The notes: a model not told the origin generated them from the sequence alone. A stretch of 64,000 nucleotides of DNA from Thermodesulfobacteriota bacterium (GCA_049320885.1 JBMORA010000014.1:85612-149611); one strand, 5' to 3'. Positions 1 to 10,451 are shown, counted from the stretch's first letter. Program-made: numbers and translations.

Positions 1-163
1 CCGGAATGTATAATGGGGTAATATCTGTTTACTATGAAAATAGTTTCTCCGAAACAAATCGGTCCTAATTATTAAAACAATGCTGGAATATAGAAAAATG
101 CAGCGGAATAGTCAAGCCTGGGTGAATCCTGGATGAGGAGAAGATAAATGTTTTTCAAAGGGA

Positions 164-2176
164 TTGATCCGAGGTGTTTCCGTTTCATCCATCTCAAATG
201 AGTTTACAATGGCGGATGCAATGAAAAGGAAACGGCAGGTTCAGATCATACTATTGTTTTTTACTGCAGTTGTCTGTGGAACAGCCGCTGGCGTTTTGTT
301 GGCTTTCTCCCACGACCTGCCGCAGATTCGTTTTCTTGAATCGTATAAGCCCTCCGCGATTACCCGGATCTATTCGGCCGATCACGTGTTGCTGTCGGAA
401 TTGTATGCGGAAAATCGGGATCCGGTGCCTTTTCACATTATCCCCGAGTATTTAAAAAAAGCATTGATTATTACCGAAGACCGCAAATTTTATACGCACA
501 GCGGAATGGATATTAAAGGTATTGTCAGGGCTGTTATAAAGGATGTGCTAGCGTTGGAACCCCTGGAAGGCGCCAGCACCATTACCATGCAGTTGAGTAA
601 AACCCTGTTCCTGGACAGCCGAAAAACAATTAAAAGAAAACTGAAAGAGGCGATTCTGGCGTTTCAACTGGAGCGAAGATACACCAAGGACGAATTACTT
701 GGTCTGTATATGAATCAAATTTATTTCGGCAGCGGTGCATATGGCATCAAAGCAGCAGCCAGGATATATTTCAACAAACCGGTTCAGGAACTCACACTGT
801 CTGAATGTGCTTTGATAGCTGGGATGCCTAAGGCGCCTTCGCAATATTCACCGTTAGTCAATCCAGTTTTGGCCTTGAAAAGAAGAAACATTGTCTTGAA
901 ACAGATGGTAAATACTGGAACCATCAGCCAGGTTCAATTTCAGGCCGCCGCGAACGAGCCGCTTTGTTTAGCTGAAAACAAAAAACAATTGATCAGAGCC
1001 CCCTATTTTGTTGACCATATCGTTAAAGGTCTGGAAACGGAAATCGGTTCCTCGATCTTATATAAAGGGGGCCTTTCAATTTACACCACTCTGGATTTCC
1101 GACTGCAACAAGAAGCGGAGTACACGATTCAAAGCCATATGGCGGCACTGACGGGCCGGATGCTGCATCACAAGATTACCAACCCGGATCCACAGGCAGC
1201 GATGTTGACGCTGGATATTTCGGCCGGATCCATTCTCTGCATGGTTGGTGGAAAATCGTATGACAAGAGTCGACTCAACAGAGCTGTCACTGTCAGGCGT
1301 CAAGCGGGATCGGCTTTCCAACCGATAGTGTATGCCTGTGCCGCGGAAAATGGAATTCCGCAGAATACCTTGATAACGGACATGCCGGCTTCCTTTCCAG
1401 GGAACAGAAAGGGAAGCACTTGGAAGCCGGAAAATTTTTCCGGACGATATGGCGGTGAAATGACGCTGCGGAAAGCACTGGCGCAGTCCAAAAACATCCC
1501 GGCCGTAAAGCTGTTGGAAATGCTTGGTACCGGGACCGTAATGCAATTTGCGAGAGATCTGGGAATAAGTGGACCGCTTTCGCCGGATCTGTCTCTGGCT
1601 CTGGGAACATCGGCTGTTAGTTTGATGGAATTGGTGGCGGCATATGCTGTGTTTCCGAACAGGGGGAACTATATCCGGCCATATGGGATCCAGGAAATCC
1701 AAGATGCATCCGGACGGATTATCTGGCGGGGCAAACCCCATAAACAGGTTGCCATGTCACGGAAAGGTGCGGCGATTATAACCGATATGCTTAAAGGCGC
1801 GGTCGATGAAGGTACCGGTAAAAAAGCAAGAAATCATCTGAATGGCCCCTTGGCCGGCAAATCAGGCACCACCATTGAATATAGGGATTCGTTGTTTATC
1901 GGTTTTTCACCGGCCATTATCACCGGCGTCTGGGTAGGGGATGATGCCTACCGGTCTCTCGGTGAAGGAGAAACAGGGGCACGGACGGCATTGCCCATCT
2001 GGATTGATTTCATGCAGGCCGCCTTGCAACGGGAATCGACACAATATTTTGATTTTCCAGATGATGTTGTAAAAATACGAATTGATCCAGTAACCGGTCT
2101 TCCGGTTTCCGCGGAGAATGTAAAAGGAGTGGACGTGCTGTTTATTAAAGGTACCGAACCCGAAAAAAAGGGATGA
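164..2176 (+). CDS. Class A penicillin-binding protein (PBP1A family, transglycosylase/transpeptidase); true start probably ATG 209 or 221
   Basis: N-terminal TM helix; GT51 motifs EDRKFYTH and GASTITMQ; TP motifs SKN and KSG; SxxK reads SAFQ. Confidence 0.92.
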   Translation: MIRGVSVSSISNEFTMADAMKRKRQVQIILLFFTAVVCGTAAGVLLAFSHDLPQIRFLESYKPSAITRIYSADHVLLSELYAENRDPVPFHIIPEYLKKALIITEDRKFYTHSGMDIKGIVRAVIKDVLALEPLEGASTITMQLSKTLFLDSRKTIKRKLKEAILAFQLERRYTKDELLGLYMNQIYFGSGAYGIKAAARIYFNKPVQELTLSECALIAGMPKAPSQYSPLVNPVLALKRRNIVLKQMVNTGTISQVQFQAAANEPLCLAENKKQLIRAPYFVDHIVKGLETEIGSSILYKGGLSIYTTLDFRLQQEAEYTIQSHMAALTGRMLHHKITNPDPQAAMLTLDISAGSILCMVGGKSYDKSRLNRAVTVRRQAGSAFQPIVYACAAENGIPQNTLITDMPASFPGNRKGSTWKPENFSGRYGGEMTLRKALAQSKNIPAVKLLEMLGTGTVMQFARDLGISGPLSPDLSLALGTSAVSLMELVAAYAVFPNRGNYIRPYGIQEIQDASGRIIWRGKPHKQVAMSRKGAAIITDMLKGAVDEGTGKKARNHLNGPLAGKSGTTIEYRDSLFIGFSPAIITGVWVGDDAYRSLGEGETGARTALPIWIDFMQAALQRESTQYFDFPDDVVKIRIDPVTGLPVSAENVKGVDVLFIKGTEPEKKG

Positions 2177-2197
2177 CATCTGTCGTGACATCTGTCG
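2174..2197 (+). repeat. Tandem 12-bp direct repeat TGACATCTGTCG x2
   Basis: Exact copies at 2174-2185 and 2186-2197. Confidence 0.9.
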
Positions 2198-2226
2198 TTG
2201 ACACCGGGAATCATGTTTTTTATAAT
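2198..2226 (+). promoter_or_regulatory. Consensus sigma70 promoter for the TetR gene
   Basis: TTGACA (2198-2203), 17 nt, TATAAT (2221-2226). Confidence 0.8.
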
Positions 2227-2272
2227 CAGCCATCAATCCCAGGATAGACCGAACCGTTGATCCTATGCAACC

Positions 2273-2905
2273 ATGACCGGGTCCATGAAAATCACAACGC
2301 ACCAGACTCAGGAAGAGAAGAGCAGGGTCATGCGCTTGCGCCTGATGGAGGCGACTCTCGCTTGCCTGCAGGAACGCGGTTATCATGGGACCTCGTTGAC
2401 CCAAATACTGAAGCGAGCGGGTGTTTCAAGAGGTGCCTGGAGACACCATTATAACAGTAAAAAAGAACTTGTCGCCGCATCGGCGGAGCACTTTTTAAAA
2501 GGTCCTGTGAACAGCGCGCGGGATTTGATGATCAAGCGAAAAAACGAAAAAGCCGGATTATCGTATTTAGTGGATTATATATGGGATAACTTTTATCAGG
2601 GGCCATATCGGGATATATGGCTTGAATTCCATGTGGCCTGCAGGACGGATCGAGAACTTCGACAGCGTCTGGTGCCGGTAATCCAGCGGTTTTTTCGGAC
2701 ATTGGATGATCTGTGGAGGGAACACTTCCAAACAACGAAGGCAACCGATGCCGATGTCGATATCCTGTTGAACCTGACCTTGTATGTCTTGCGAGGAATG
2801 GCTATTCAATCCATTATAATAGAAGATGTAAAATACTATCAAGGCCTTCGCACCCAATGGCTGAATATGATCGCGCCGTTGATTGCCATTCGTCATGGCG
2901 GATAA
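2273..2905 (+). CDS. TetR/AcrR family transcriptional regulator
   Basis: N-terminal HTH GYHGTSLTQILKRAGVSRGAWRHHYNSKKEL. Confidence 0.9.
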   Translation: MTGSMKITTHQTQEEKSRVMRLRLMEATLACLQERGYHGTSLTQILKRAGVSRGAWRHHYNSKKELVAASAEHFLKGPVNSARDLMIKRKNEKAGLSYLVDYIWDNFYQGPYRDIWLEFHVACRTDRELRQRLVPVIQRFFRTLDDLWREHFQTTKATDADVDILLNLTLYVLRGMAIQSIIIEDVKYYQGLRTQWLNMIAPLIAIRHGG

Positions 2906-3077
2906 CCATTTGTTCCTTTAATATTTGTTTGTTTTCCAAGCCCAACTCCACGTGCGGGGACGTAAACGGTAATCAACGGCACCGCAGGCCATCCCTCGTT
3001 CAGGGGGTTCGAAAAGGTACCTAAACCGGGAAAAACGATTCTGACAGACGGAAACAGGTTTTTCGGCAATTTTGATG

Positions 3078-3123
3078 CCACTATATATAGTGGTATTAAA
3101 AAAGTGATCACAATATAATGTAA
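3078..3123. promoter_or_regulatory. Palindromic operator pair resembling tandem NrdR boxes
   Basis: Perfect palindrome CCACTATATATAGTGG (3078-3093) and degenerate TCACAATATAATGTAA (3108-3123). Confidence 0.5.
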
Positions 3124-3237
3124 ATAGATTAAAACAGAATTATAGTTATATATAATTTACTTGACTTAGTGTTAATTTAATATAATTAATGCGTATCATC
3201 AATTCCAGAAAAACCAGTTTTTAACAAGGTATGGGCT

Positions 3238-3435
3238 ATGAGAAAAAGTGCTCTCAGCAAAATCAGAGAATCGCTTTTGATGAGTAAATCTGAATTAGCG
3301 AGAAAAGCGAATGTTTCCCCGATAACGATCGCTCGGATCGAACAGGGGAAACCCTGTCGAATGGAAACCAAGCGAAAGATAATCCTGGCTCTCGGGTATA
3401 AGCTTTCTGACCAACATAAGATTTTCAGCGAATAA
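3238..3435 (+). CDS. XRE-family HTH regulator, first gene of the pil operon
   Basis: 65 aa HTH_3 pattern SKSELARKANVSPITIARIEQG; 9 nt gap to pilM. Confidence 0.85.
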   Translation: MRKSALSKIRESLLMSKSELARKANVSPITIARIEQGKPCRMETKRKIILALGYKLSDQHKIFSE

Positions 3436-3444
3436 GAGCGCGTT

Positions 3445-4500
3445 ATGATTTTTGGAAAAAAAGACCACCTTGTAGGATTGGATATCGGTTCCCGGACCAT
3501 TAAGGTCGGCGAAGTTGAAAAAACTGCATCCGGCTATACGGTTACAAAATTCGGCGCTCTTGACATTGCGCCCGGGATTATCGAAGAGGACGGAATCAAG
3601 AACCCGGAGGGCGCGGCTGATTCCATACGACAGTTATTTAAACTGTATAATGTAAAAGAGCAGAACGTCGCCATATCCGTAAGCGGTTATTCCGTAATCG
3701 TGAAAAAAATCAATGTGCAGACCATGAACGAAACTCAGCTTCAGGAGATCATCCATCTCGAGGCTGAACAATACATTCCTTTTGACATCAGCGATGTCAA
3801 TCTCGATTTTCAGATATTGGGCGGCAGTGAGCGAAATCCCAACCAGATGAGTGTTCTGCTGGTGGCTGCTAAAAAAGAAATGATCAACGATTATCTGAAC
3901 GTTCTGGATATCGCCGGCCTGAATCCCTGCATCATCGATGTCGATGCTTTTGCGCTGCAGAATATTTATGAAACAAATTATACCGTTACGGATGAATGTG
4001 TCGCACTTATCGATATCGGCGCCAATAAGACATCATTGAATATCCTAAAGGGTACCGCTTCGGTTTTCATGCGCGATGTGTCATTGGGATGCAGCCAGAT
4101 TAATCACAAAATCGTTTCCCAGATAGATTGTTCCGCTCAAGAGGCCGAAGAAATTAAAAGCAGCGAGAATCAGGACCGGATGCCTCAGGAGGATTTAAAT
4201 GAAATCGTATCTTCTGTGGTATCCGACTGGACGACCGAAATCAGAAGAGCCCTCGATTTCTTTTATTCCACCTATCCCGATGACCAGATCAAAAGGATAG
4301 TGTTGAGTGGCGGCGGGGCTAATATCAAAGAATTTCGGTCCCTTTTGGCATCACAAACATCCACGGAAGTGGCTATTATTAACCCTTTTGAAAAATTGAA
4401 TATTGATGAAAAAAATCTGGATAGCACATATCTGAATAAAATGGCTCCACAGGCAGCAATTTGCATGGGCTTGGCTATCAGAAGGGTGAATGATAAATGA
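3445..4500 (+). CDS. pilM: Type IV pilus assembly protein PilM
   Basis: VGLDIGS, EAEQYIPF, IDIGA, LSGGGA actin-like motifs; operon order. Confidence 0.95.
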   Translation: MIFGKKDHLVGLDIGSRTIKVGEVEKTASGYTVTKFGALDIAPGIIEEDGIKNPEGAADSIRQLFKLYNVKEQNVAISVSGYSVIVKKINVQTMNETQLQEIIHLEAEQYIPFDISDVNLDFQILGGSERNPNQMSVLLVAAKKEMINDYLNVLDIAGLNPCIIDVDAFALQNIYETNYTVTDECVALIDIGANKTSLNILKGTASVFMRDVSLGCSQINHKIVSQIDCSAQEAEEIKSSENQDRMPQEDLNEIVSSVVSDWTTEIRRALDFFYSTYPDDQIKRIVLSGGGANIKEFRSLLASQTSTEVAIINPFEKLNIDEKNLDSTYLNKMAPQAAICMGLAIRRVNDK

Positions 4501-5081
4501 TCAGGATCAATCTACTGCCTTTTCGCGCGGCACGGAAAAGCGAAAATATCCGGCGACAAGTTTCTCTTTTCTTGCTTTCACTGGTATTGATTTTTCTGGT
4601 GATGGGTTATTTCCAGATATATTTGGCAACCGAAATCAGCTCGATGAAACGAAAGGTCGACAATGCCACTCAAGACCTGCAGCGTTATCAAAAGCAGGCG
4701 TCTGAAGTGGATTCCATCAAGAATAAACTGGATAATCTCCAGAAGCGAACGGATGTCATGAAAGAGCTGGATAAAAACCGAAAAGAACCGGTTCAATTGC
4801 TCGACGTCATGACTCAAGTCGTCATACCCAATCGAATGTGGATTAACAGCCTTTCCATTTCGGACGCGAATGTCGCCATCTCCGGTATTGCCCTGGACAC
4901 GAAGACCACGGCGGATTTCATGGTCAGACTGGAAGAATCAGCGCTGTTCTCGGCTGTTAATTTGGAATCCGTCAAGCATGAAATAATCAACAAGCAGAAA
5001 ATGCAAAGCTTCCAAATTACCTGTGTTAGACCGGTAAAAACAACAGAGAAAGTGAAAACAACAGAGAAAGCCAAGAAGTAG
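4497..5081 (+). CDS. pilN: Type IV pilus assembly protein PilN
   Basis: MIRINLLP motif, TM helix, coiled coil. Confidence 0.93.
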   Translation: MIRINLLPFRAARKSENIRRQVSLFLLSLVLIFLVMGYFQIYLATEISSMKRKVDNATQDLQRYQKQASEVDSIKNKLDNLQKRTDVMKELDKNRKEPVQLLDVMTQVVIPNRMWINSLSISDANVAISGIALDTKTTADFMVRLEESALFSAVNLESVKHEIINKQKMQSFQITCVRPVKTTEKVKTTEKAKK

Positions 5082-5088
5082 GGAAAAG

Positions 5089-5724
5089 ATGGAAAAGATT
5101 AAAAATGCGTTTTCTGAGAAATTGGAGCCGCTTGTCAGCAAAATCGGCGAACTGACAAAACTCCAGCGTTATCTGATTTATGGCGGGACCCTGGTCCTGA
5201 TCACCGTGGTCTATGTCTACGCATTGTATTTGCCGAAATATGAAGAAAAAAGCCGACTGGAAGAGAATCTGACCAAGGTCGAGGAACAGCTAAAAACGAC
5301 CAAGGGCAAGGCAATGCAATTGGAATCATTGCAAAAAAAGATGGAAGAGGCCAGGGTTCAATTTGAAATAGTGAAAAAAACACTTCCGGAAAAAAAGGAT
5401 ATTCCTTCTCTTTTGTCAAGCATTTCCCAGTCGGGCCGGGATTCAGGATTGGAATTTTTTCTTTTTCAGCCGAAAAAGGAGCTCAGCAAAGGCTTTTATG
5501 CCGAAATTCCGGTTGCAATGAAAATGCAGGGAAATTATCATAATCTTGCGATTTTTTTTGCAAGAGTGGCAGATATGTCGAGGATTGTAAATGTTAGGGA
5601 TATCAAAATTACCGGTGGCGCGTCAACTCTCGATACCGCATGCACGGCCGTCACCTATCGGTTTATCGATGCTGAAAGCGCCCCGAAACAAGCACCAACA
5701 AAAAAAGGCAGAAGACGGAAATAA
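5089..5724 (+). CDS. pilO: Type IV pilus assembly protein PilO
   Basis: TM plus coiled coil; FYAEIP, GNYHNLAIFF, SRIV. Confidence 0.93.
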   Translation: MEKIKNAFSEKLEPLVSKIGELTKLQRYLIYGGTLVLITVVYVYALYLPKYEEKSRLEENLTKVEEQLKTTKGKAMQLESLQKKMEEARVQFEIVKKTLPEKKDIPSLLSSISQSGRDSGLEFFLFQPKKELSKGFYAEIPVAMKMQGNYHNLAIFFARVADMSRIVNVRDIKITGGASTLDTACTAVTYRFIDAESAPKQAPTKKGRRRK

Positions 5725-5727
5725 ACC

Positions 5728-6462
5728 ATGCATCGACAATTGCTCATAGCGACGATGATCTTTCTTTTTGCCCTGTGGTTCGGACCCGCGGGGTGCGGAA
5801 AACAGCCGGACGACTCCTCCAGACAATCGACCCCGGTGGCCAAAAAAATTATTCCACAACAAACAAAAGCCGATCAGGGCACCGAGGCAAAGACGGTTCA
5901 GACCGGCGCCAAACCGCCGGCATCAGCCACACCGGCCTCAACCACACTAGGCTCAACCACACCGGAATCAGCTGCACCGACGGCAATGAATTCATCAGCA
6001 GCGGAACAGCCCCCCGGCCAAGCCCCTCCGGCGGATGGACAGAAACAAAAAGCGGCCGTGGCTTCAGCAGACAACCGTCCACCGCTGGAACTATACAATC
6101 CGGCTGGAAAGCTCGATCCTTTTGCTCCCCTGTTTAAGGAGGAGCAGGTCGTTACAGAGGACAAATCCCAAAATAAAAAGAAAAAACGACGGGGCCATTT
6201 GACACCGCTTGAAAAGGTTGATCTGAGCCAGCTGGTTTTATTGGGCACCATACTCGCACCTAGCGGAAATCGGGCCATGGTGGCCGATACCAGTGGGAAA
6301 GGATATGTCATTACTAATGGCACCTATATAGGTATGTCCTCGGGGAGAGTGGTTGATATATTAAAGGATCGAATCGTCGTGGAAGAAGAGGTAGAGAATA
6401 TTTTAGGAAAAATATCCCTCCGGAAGAGAGAGCTTAAAATTCAGAAACCTCTTGGAGAGTGA
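5728..6462 (+). CDS. pilP: Pilus assembly lipoprotein PilP
   Basis: Lipobox PAGC; DPF and TPLEKVDLSQL motifs. Confidence 0.9.
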   Translation: MHRQLLIATMIFLFALWFGPAGCGKQPDDSSRQSTPVAKKIIPQQTKADQGTEAKTVQTGAKPPASATPASTTLGSTTPESAAPTAMNSSAAEQPPGQAPPADGQKQKAAVASADNRPPLELYNPAGKLDPFAPLFKEEQVVTEDKSQNKKKKRRGHLTPLEKVDLSQLVLLGTILAPSGNRAMVADTSGKGYVITNGTYIGMSSGRVVDILKDRIVVEEEVENILGKISLRKRELKIQKPLGE

Positions 6463-6466
6463 TCAA

Positions 6467-9400
6467 ATGGCATATTTCGAGGGTAGAAAAAAGATGGCAA
6501 ATAACATTTCAAAAGGCTTCATTTGGGTATGCGTCTTCGTTCTGGCCGCTTGTGCCTCAAACATGACCACAAAGCAGGAAGATGCCGGGGCGAATGCCCC
6601 GCCGGAGGAGATGCAGGGCAAGCTCATCACGGACATTCGGATTGCCGATACACCGGAATCGATCAACGTTTCCATCGTGGGGAATCGCTCGCTCACGTAT
6701 ACTTCCGTGAAACAGCCGTTACCCTTGGGGATCGTTTTCTATTTTCCGGAAACATCGCTTGGTATCGCCAAGACAGAATATCAGGTCGATAACAGTATCA
6801 TCGGCACCATAAAAGCCGCCGAGCTGGTTGAAAATGGTCCCTCCAAAGTCACCATCGCGTTGAAAGCGGATTCTCCCTATGAGATCACCCGGGAGGGGGA
6901 AGCGCTGAAAATTGCATTCAAGAAAACAGCGGATTCAGCATCGGCTGGTGAAACATCACCACCCACAGTAACCGTCGCAGCGGCAAGTGAAAATGAAACG
7001 CCTGGGAGCAATACCGTTGCCGAAGAAGCGATCCCCGCGAATGAACCGCCGGAATCGGCCGAGGGCGACGGAACTGCAGTGGCGCCTGCGGTCGATCAAC
7101 AGACATCTTCTTCTGCACCTGTCGCCGCCGCCATACCTGTCACCGTCGAGGGGGAAGCAGGATCCACGGGAGCGGAAGCCTCTTCCGGTAATAACCTTCG
7201 CACCATATCCGCAAGTGAAATACAGAACGGCATAATGGTTTCGGTGATAACCGACCGGTCCGTGACGGATTACAAGTCGTTTACGTTAAGCGATCCACCC
7301 CGAATCGTTTTTGATTTATACGGTGTTAAAAGCCCGTTTACCAAGCCCCAAGTCGTTCCGGTCAACACCCAATGGGTGAAGGGCATCCGTCATTTCGGTT
7401 ATCCGGAGCGGGTTCGTATGGTTATTGACACCAAGAATGAATATCTTTCCGCGTTCAAGGCCGAATCCACCGGCAATGGCCTTGCCGTCAGGCTCGGGGA
7501 AGACATCACAGGCGAATCCGCTACGGAACCGGTGATGGCGGAGCCCAAAACGGAAACAGTAGCGACTCCGGCTCCGGCTGTCATCGCCATGAAACCACCG
7601 GAGGAATATAAGGAAAAATCCGAGTCACCGGTTGTCACATCCAGCGGCCAGGCCCTGGTTAACCGGATTGATTTTATCAGCAGGGATCAGGGGGAATCCA
7701 GTGTCATCATCGGAACAACAAGACCTGTTTCCTATGATGTCACCAAGATCGATGAAAAGAAAATTCAACTGGAGCTGATGGATGCTAAAATATTGAGTTT
7801 CCGCCAGCGACCGCTTATAACCACTCGTTTTGAAAGTGCTGTGGATCGCATTTCGCCGATCCAGACAGGGGCGATGAAAAACCCCCTGATTATCATCGAA
7901 CTCCGTGAAGGGGTTCCCTATACCGTCAACCAGAGCGACAATCAAATTCAGCTGGATTTTTCCGCTTCGACCGTGGCCCCGAAACCACTTGAGGAGGCCG
8001 GTCTGCCGTCCTGGAAAAAGATGTTGGAACAACATGCGGAGGAACCTTCTTTGGAAGCGCAAGGAACAGTTCCTTCAACAGAGGAAGAAGGTGCATCGTC
8101 CACCATAGCAGCAATTCCGATGCCAGCCGAAACGGATAAGGAAACCACCATGGCCCCATTGAAGGATGATGTGGCGGCAGAGGTGGAAGAGGAAAGTGAG
8201 ATCACGGAAGACGCTGCGCTGAAACCAAAGCCGGCAAAAAAACGGTATACCGGTGAAAAAATCGCCCTCGATTTTTATCAGACCGATATCAAGAATGTCC
8301 TTCGTATTTTACGGGATGTCAGCGGGAAAAACTTTGCCGTTGATCAGGATGTGAACGGAAAAGTGACCCTTACGCTGGTTAAACCGGTTCCCTGGGATCA
8401 AGTTCTGGATTTGATATTAAAGATGAACCAGCTAGGTCAAATCAGTGAGGGAGAAATCGTCAGAATCGTAACCCTGAAAACCCTCATGGAAGAAGAGCGG
8501 CAAAAAGCGGAGGCCCTGAAGGCGGAAGCCACATTAAAAGAACAGAAAAAAGCATTGGAACCGCTGTATACGGAATACATACCCATCAGTTATGCAAGCG
8601 CCAGTGCCGATATCAAACCCCGCCTTGATGAAATCAAGTCCCCGGAAAGAGGCAAGGTGGGGGTTGATGCACGCAACAATCAGATCATCATGACCGATAC
8701 GGCTGAAATCTTGGCCAAGGCGAAAAACATTGTCAGACAAATCGACAAAGTGACGCCCCAGGTGATTATTGAAGCCAGGATTGTCGAGGTCAGCGAAAAC
8801 TTTTCTCAAAGTTTCGGAACACGATGGGACCTTTCCGGCCAGCGAACAGCCACCAGCAATCCCGGAGCGGCTACTGCCTCTGAATTTGAGGTTTCCATGA
8901 ATCATCCGTCCACCGGGTCCTCCGGTTCCATTGGCGCAAATTTCTCCCGCATTGTTGGCACACCGTTTTCATTGAACGCGGAACTGGAGGCAATTGAAGC
9001 TTCGGGTGACGGCAAAATCATTTCCGCACCGAAAATCGTTACCTTGGATAACAAGGAAGCGCTTATCAAGCAGGGTCTTGAATATCCCTACACCGAACGC
9101 GATTCCTCGGGTCTGGCCACCAATAAGTTCAAAAAAATTGACCTGGAACTGAAGGTTACCCCCCATGTGACGCCGGACAACCGGATTTCTATGAAAATGC
9201 AGGTCACCAAAAACGACGTGGACGATCTGATCAACGGCGTTCCGTCCCTTGCCACCAATGAAGCAAATACGGAATTGTTGGTCAATGACGGTGATACCAT
9301 CGTTATCGGCGGGATCATCAAATCCTCCAAAAGTGACGGGGAAACACGTTGGCCGATTCTATCCAAAATTCCCTTGTTCGGTTGGTTGTTTAAAAGCAAA

Positions 9401-9475
9401 ACCACATCGGAAAAAAAGAATGAATTGCTGATCTTCATAACACCGCGAATCGTTCAGCTGGAACACCGTATGTAA
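6467..9475 (+). CDS. pilQ: Type IV pilus secretin PilQ with multiple AMIN domains (start 6467 or 6494)
   Basis: Lipobox LAAC; PPRIVFDL AMIN motif; VPWDQVLD, QVIIEARIV and ELLIFITPRI secretin motifs. Confidence 0.95.
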   Translation: MAYFEGRKKMANNISKGFIWVCVFVLAACASNMTTKQEDAGANAPPEEMQGKLITDIRIADTPESINVSIVGNRSLTYTSVKQPLPLGIVFYFPETSLGIAKTEYQVDNSIIGTIKAAELVENGPSKVTIALKADSPYEITREGEALKIAFKKTADSASAGETSPPTVTVAAASENETPGSNTVAEEAIPANEPPESAEGDGTAVAPAVDQQTSSSAPVAAAIPVTVEGEAGSTGAEASSGNNLRTISASEIQNGIMVSVITDRSVTDYKSFTLSDPPRIVFDLYGVKSPFTKPQVVPVNTQWVKGIRHFGYPERVRMVIDTKNEYLSAFKAESTGNGLAVRLGEDITGESATEPVMAEPKTETVATPAPAVIAMKPPEEYKEKSESPVVTSSGQALVNRIDFISRDQGESSVIIGTTRPVSYDVTKIDEKKIQLELMDAKILSFRQRPLITTRFESAVDRISPIQTGAMKNPLIIIELREGVPYTVNQSDNQIQLDFSASTVAPKPLEEAGLPSWKKMLEQHAEEPSLEAQGTVPSTEEEGASSTIAAIPMPAETDKETTMAPLKDDVAAEVEEESEITEDAALKPKPAKKRYTGEKIALDFYQTDIKNVLRILRDVSGKNFAVDQDVNGKVTLTLVKPVPWDQVLDLILKMNQLGQISEGEIVRIVTLKTLMEEERQKAEALKAEATLKEQKKALEPLYTEYIPISYASASADIKPRLDEIKSPERGKVGVDARNNQIIMTDTAEILAKAKNIVRQIDKVTPQVIIEARIVEVSENFSQSFGTRWDLSGQRTATSNPGAATASEFEVSMNHPSTGSSGSIGANFSRIVGTPFSLNAELEAIEASGDGKIISAPKIVTLDNKEALIKQGLEYPYTERDSSGLATNKFKKIDLELKVTPHVTPDNRISMKMQVTKNDVDDLINGVPSLATNEANTELLVNDGDTIVIGGIIKSSKSDGETRWPILSKIPLFGWLFKSKTTSEKKNELLIFITPRIVQLEHRM

Positions 9476-9496
9476 CTGCGAAAACATCCGATAATG

Positions 9497-9540
9497 AGAG
9501 GCAGAGGGATGTGGAGGATATCCTGACTGCCTCTTTTTAT
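9497..9540 (+). terminator. Probable intrinsic terminator after pilQ
   Basis: AGAGGCAG...CTGCCTCT stem followed by a T tract. Confidence 0.55.
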
Positions 9541-9575
9541 TGGTGAGCAGGCCAAACCATCAGCTTTGGGTGTTC

Positions 9576-10391
9576 ATGAATCTCAAAGAGCGACTTTTAC
9601 AGAAAATGGAGATCGACCGGCTTGCTCGTCAAGTCATCGATTCCCTTCGTCCATTGGGCAATGGCCCGTCCCGGATCGAAAAACAGGCGATGAAGAGACT
9701 TCTTGAGCTGGGAGACTACCGGCATGAACGCAAGAGGGATCTGGATGTATTTTATCGAGGGAATGTCCAAAATGCGCTTCGGGCGCAATTCATCGTGCTG
9801 GATAACGATTTGGCCGTATATGAAACGACAATGGAAGACGTCGTGCTGCGGAAAAGCCCATATGTAAAGGAAATGGTCAGTATCCGGAATATCATCAAAA
9901 TTTTAAATGATGGGGATGTAATTCGCTGCAAAAAAGCCGATACCGTCAGGCTTGTTCATGGAGAATGTCTTTCCTTGCTTGATCTGAGTGTCAACCCCTC
10001 GGACCTTTCCGACATGCGGAACGAAGCAATTAAGGCCGTTACTTCAGGCGATACGGAAAAGGTGCTGACCTGCATTTCTCTTTTTGCTGAATTGCTGGAA
10101 TATGTTTTCCCACCCCCGTTTCTGGCTTTTCAAGCACACCATATTCGTTGCGGAATTACCATTGACCCGGTTGGAGTTCATTACTACGGCCCCCACGTCA
10201 TATATGATTCCGCCACCAATCGACTGGCTCTATCCATTTTACAAATCAAGAATGGAGATAAGGATAAGATCGAAACAATTCAGCAGGTTATGCATCATAC
10301 GGTGAAACCGGACAAGGCGGGAGCAGATGTTTTCACATTTTTATTTGAAGCCGCCAGCGGCATCACATCCATACCGGCAACCACTTTATAG
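9576..10391 (+). CDS. Hypothetical protein
   Basis: Long ORF filling the gap; no family recognised. Confidence 0.7.
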   Translation: MNLKERLLQKMEIDRLARQVIDSLRPLGNGPSRIEKQAMKRLLELGDYRHERKRDLDVFYRGNVQNALRAQFIVLDNDLAVYETTMEDVVLRKSPYVKEMVSIRNIIKILNDGDVIRCKKADTVRLVHGECLSLLDLSVNPSDLSDMRNEAIKAVTSGDTEKVLTCISLFAELLEYVFPPPFLAFQAHHIRCGITIDPVGVHYYGPHVIYDSATNRLALSILQIKNGDKDKIETIQQVMHHTVKPDKAGADVFTFLFEAASGITSIPATTL

Positions 10392-10451
10392 TCATTGCCG
10401 CCTTTTGGTAAACCATGGAGCACGGTTTGAGGTGGCAGAAGGGATCCTGAC

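Noticed and set aside
5037..5070. Duplicated AAAACAACAGAGAAAG (KTTEK x2) at the end of pilN
   Set aside because: Short in-frame duplication in a low-complexity tail
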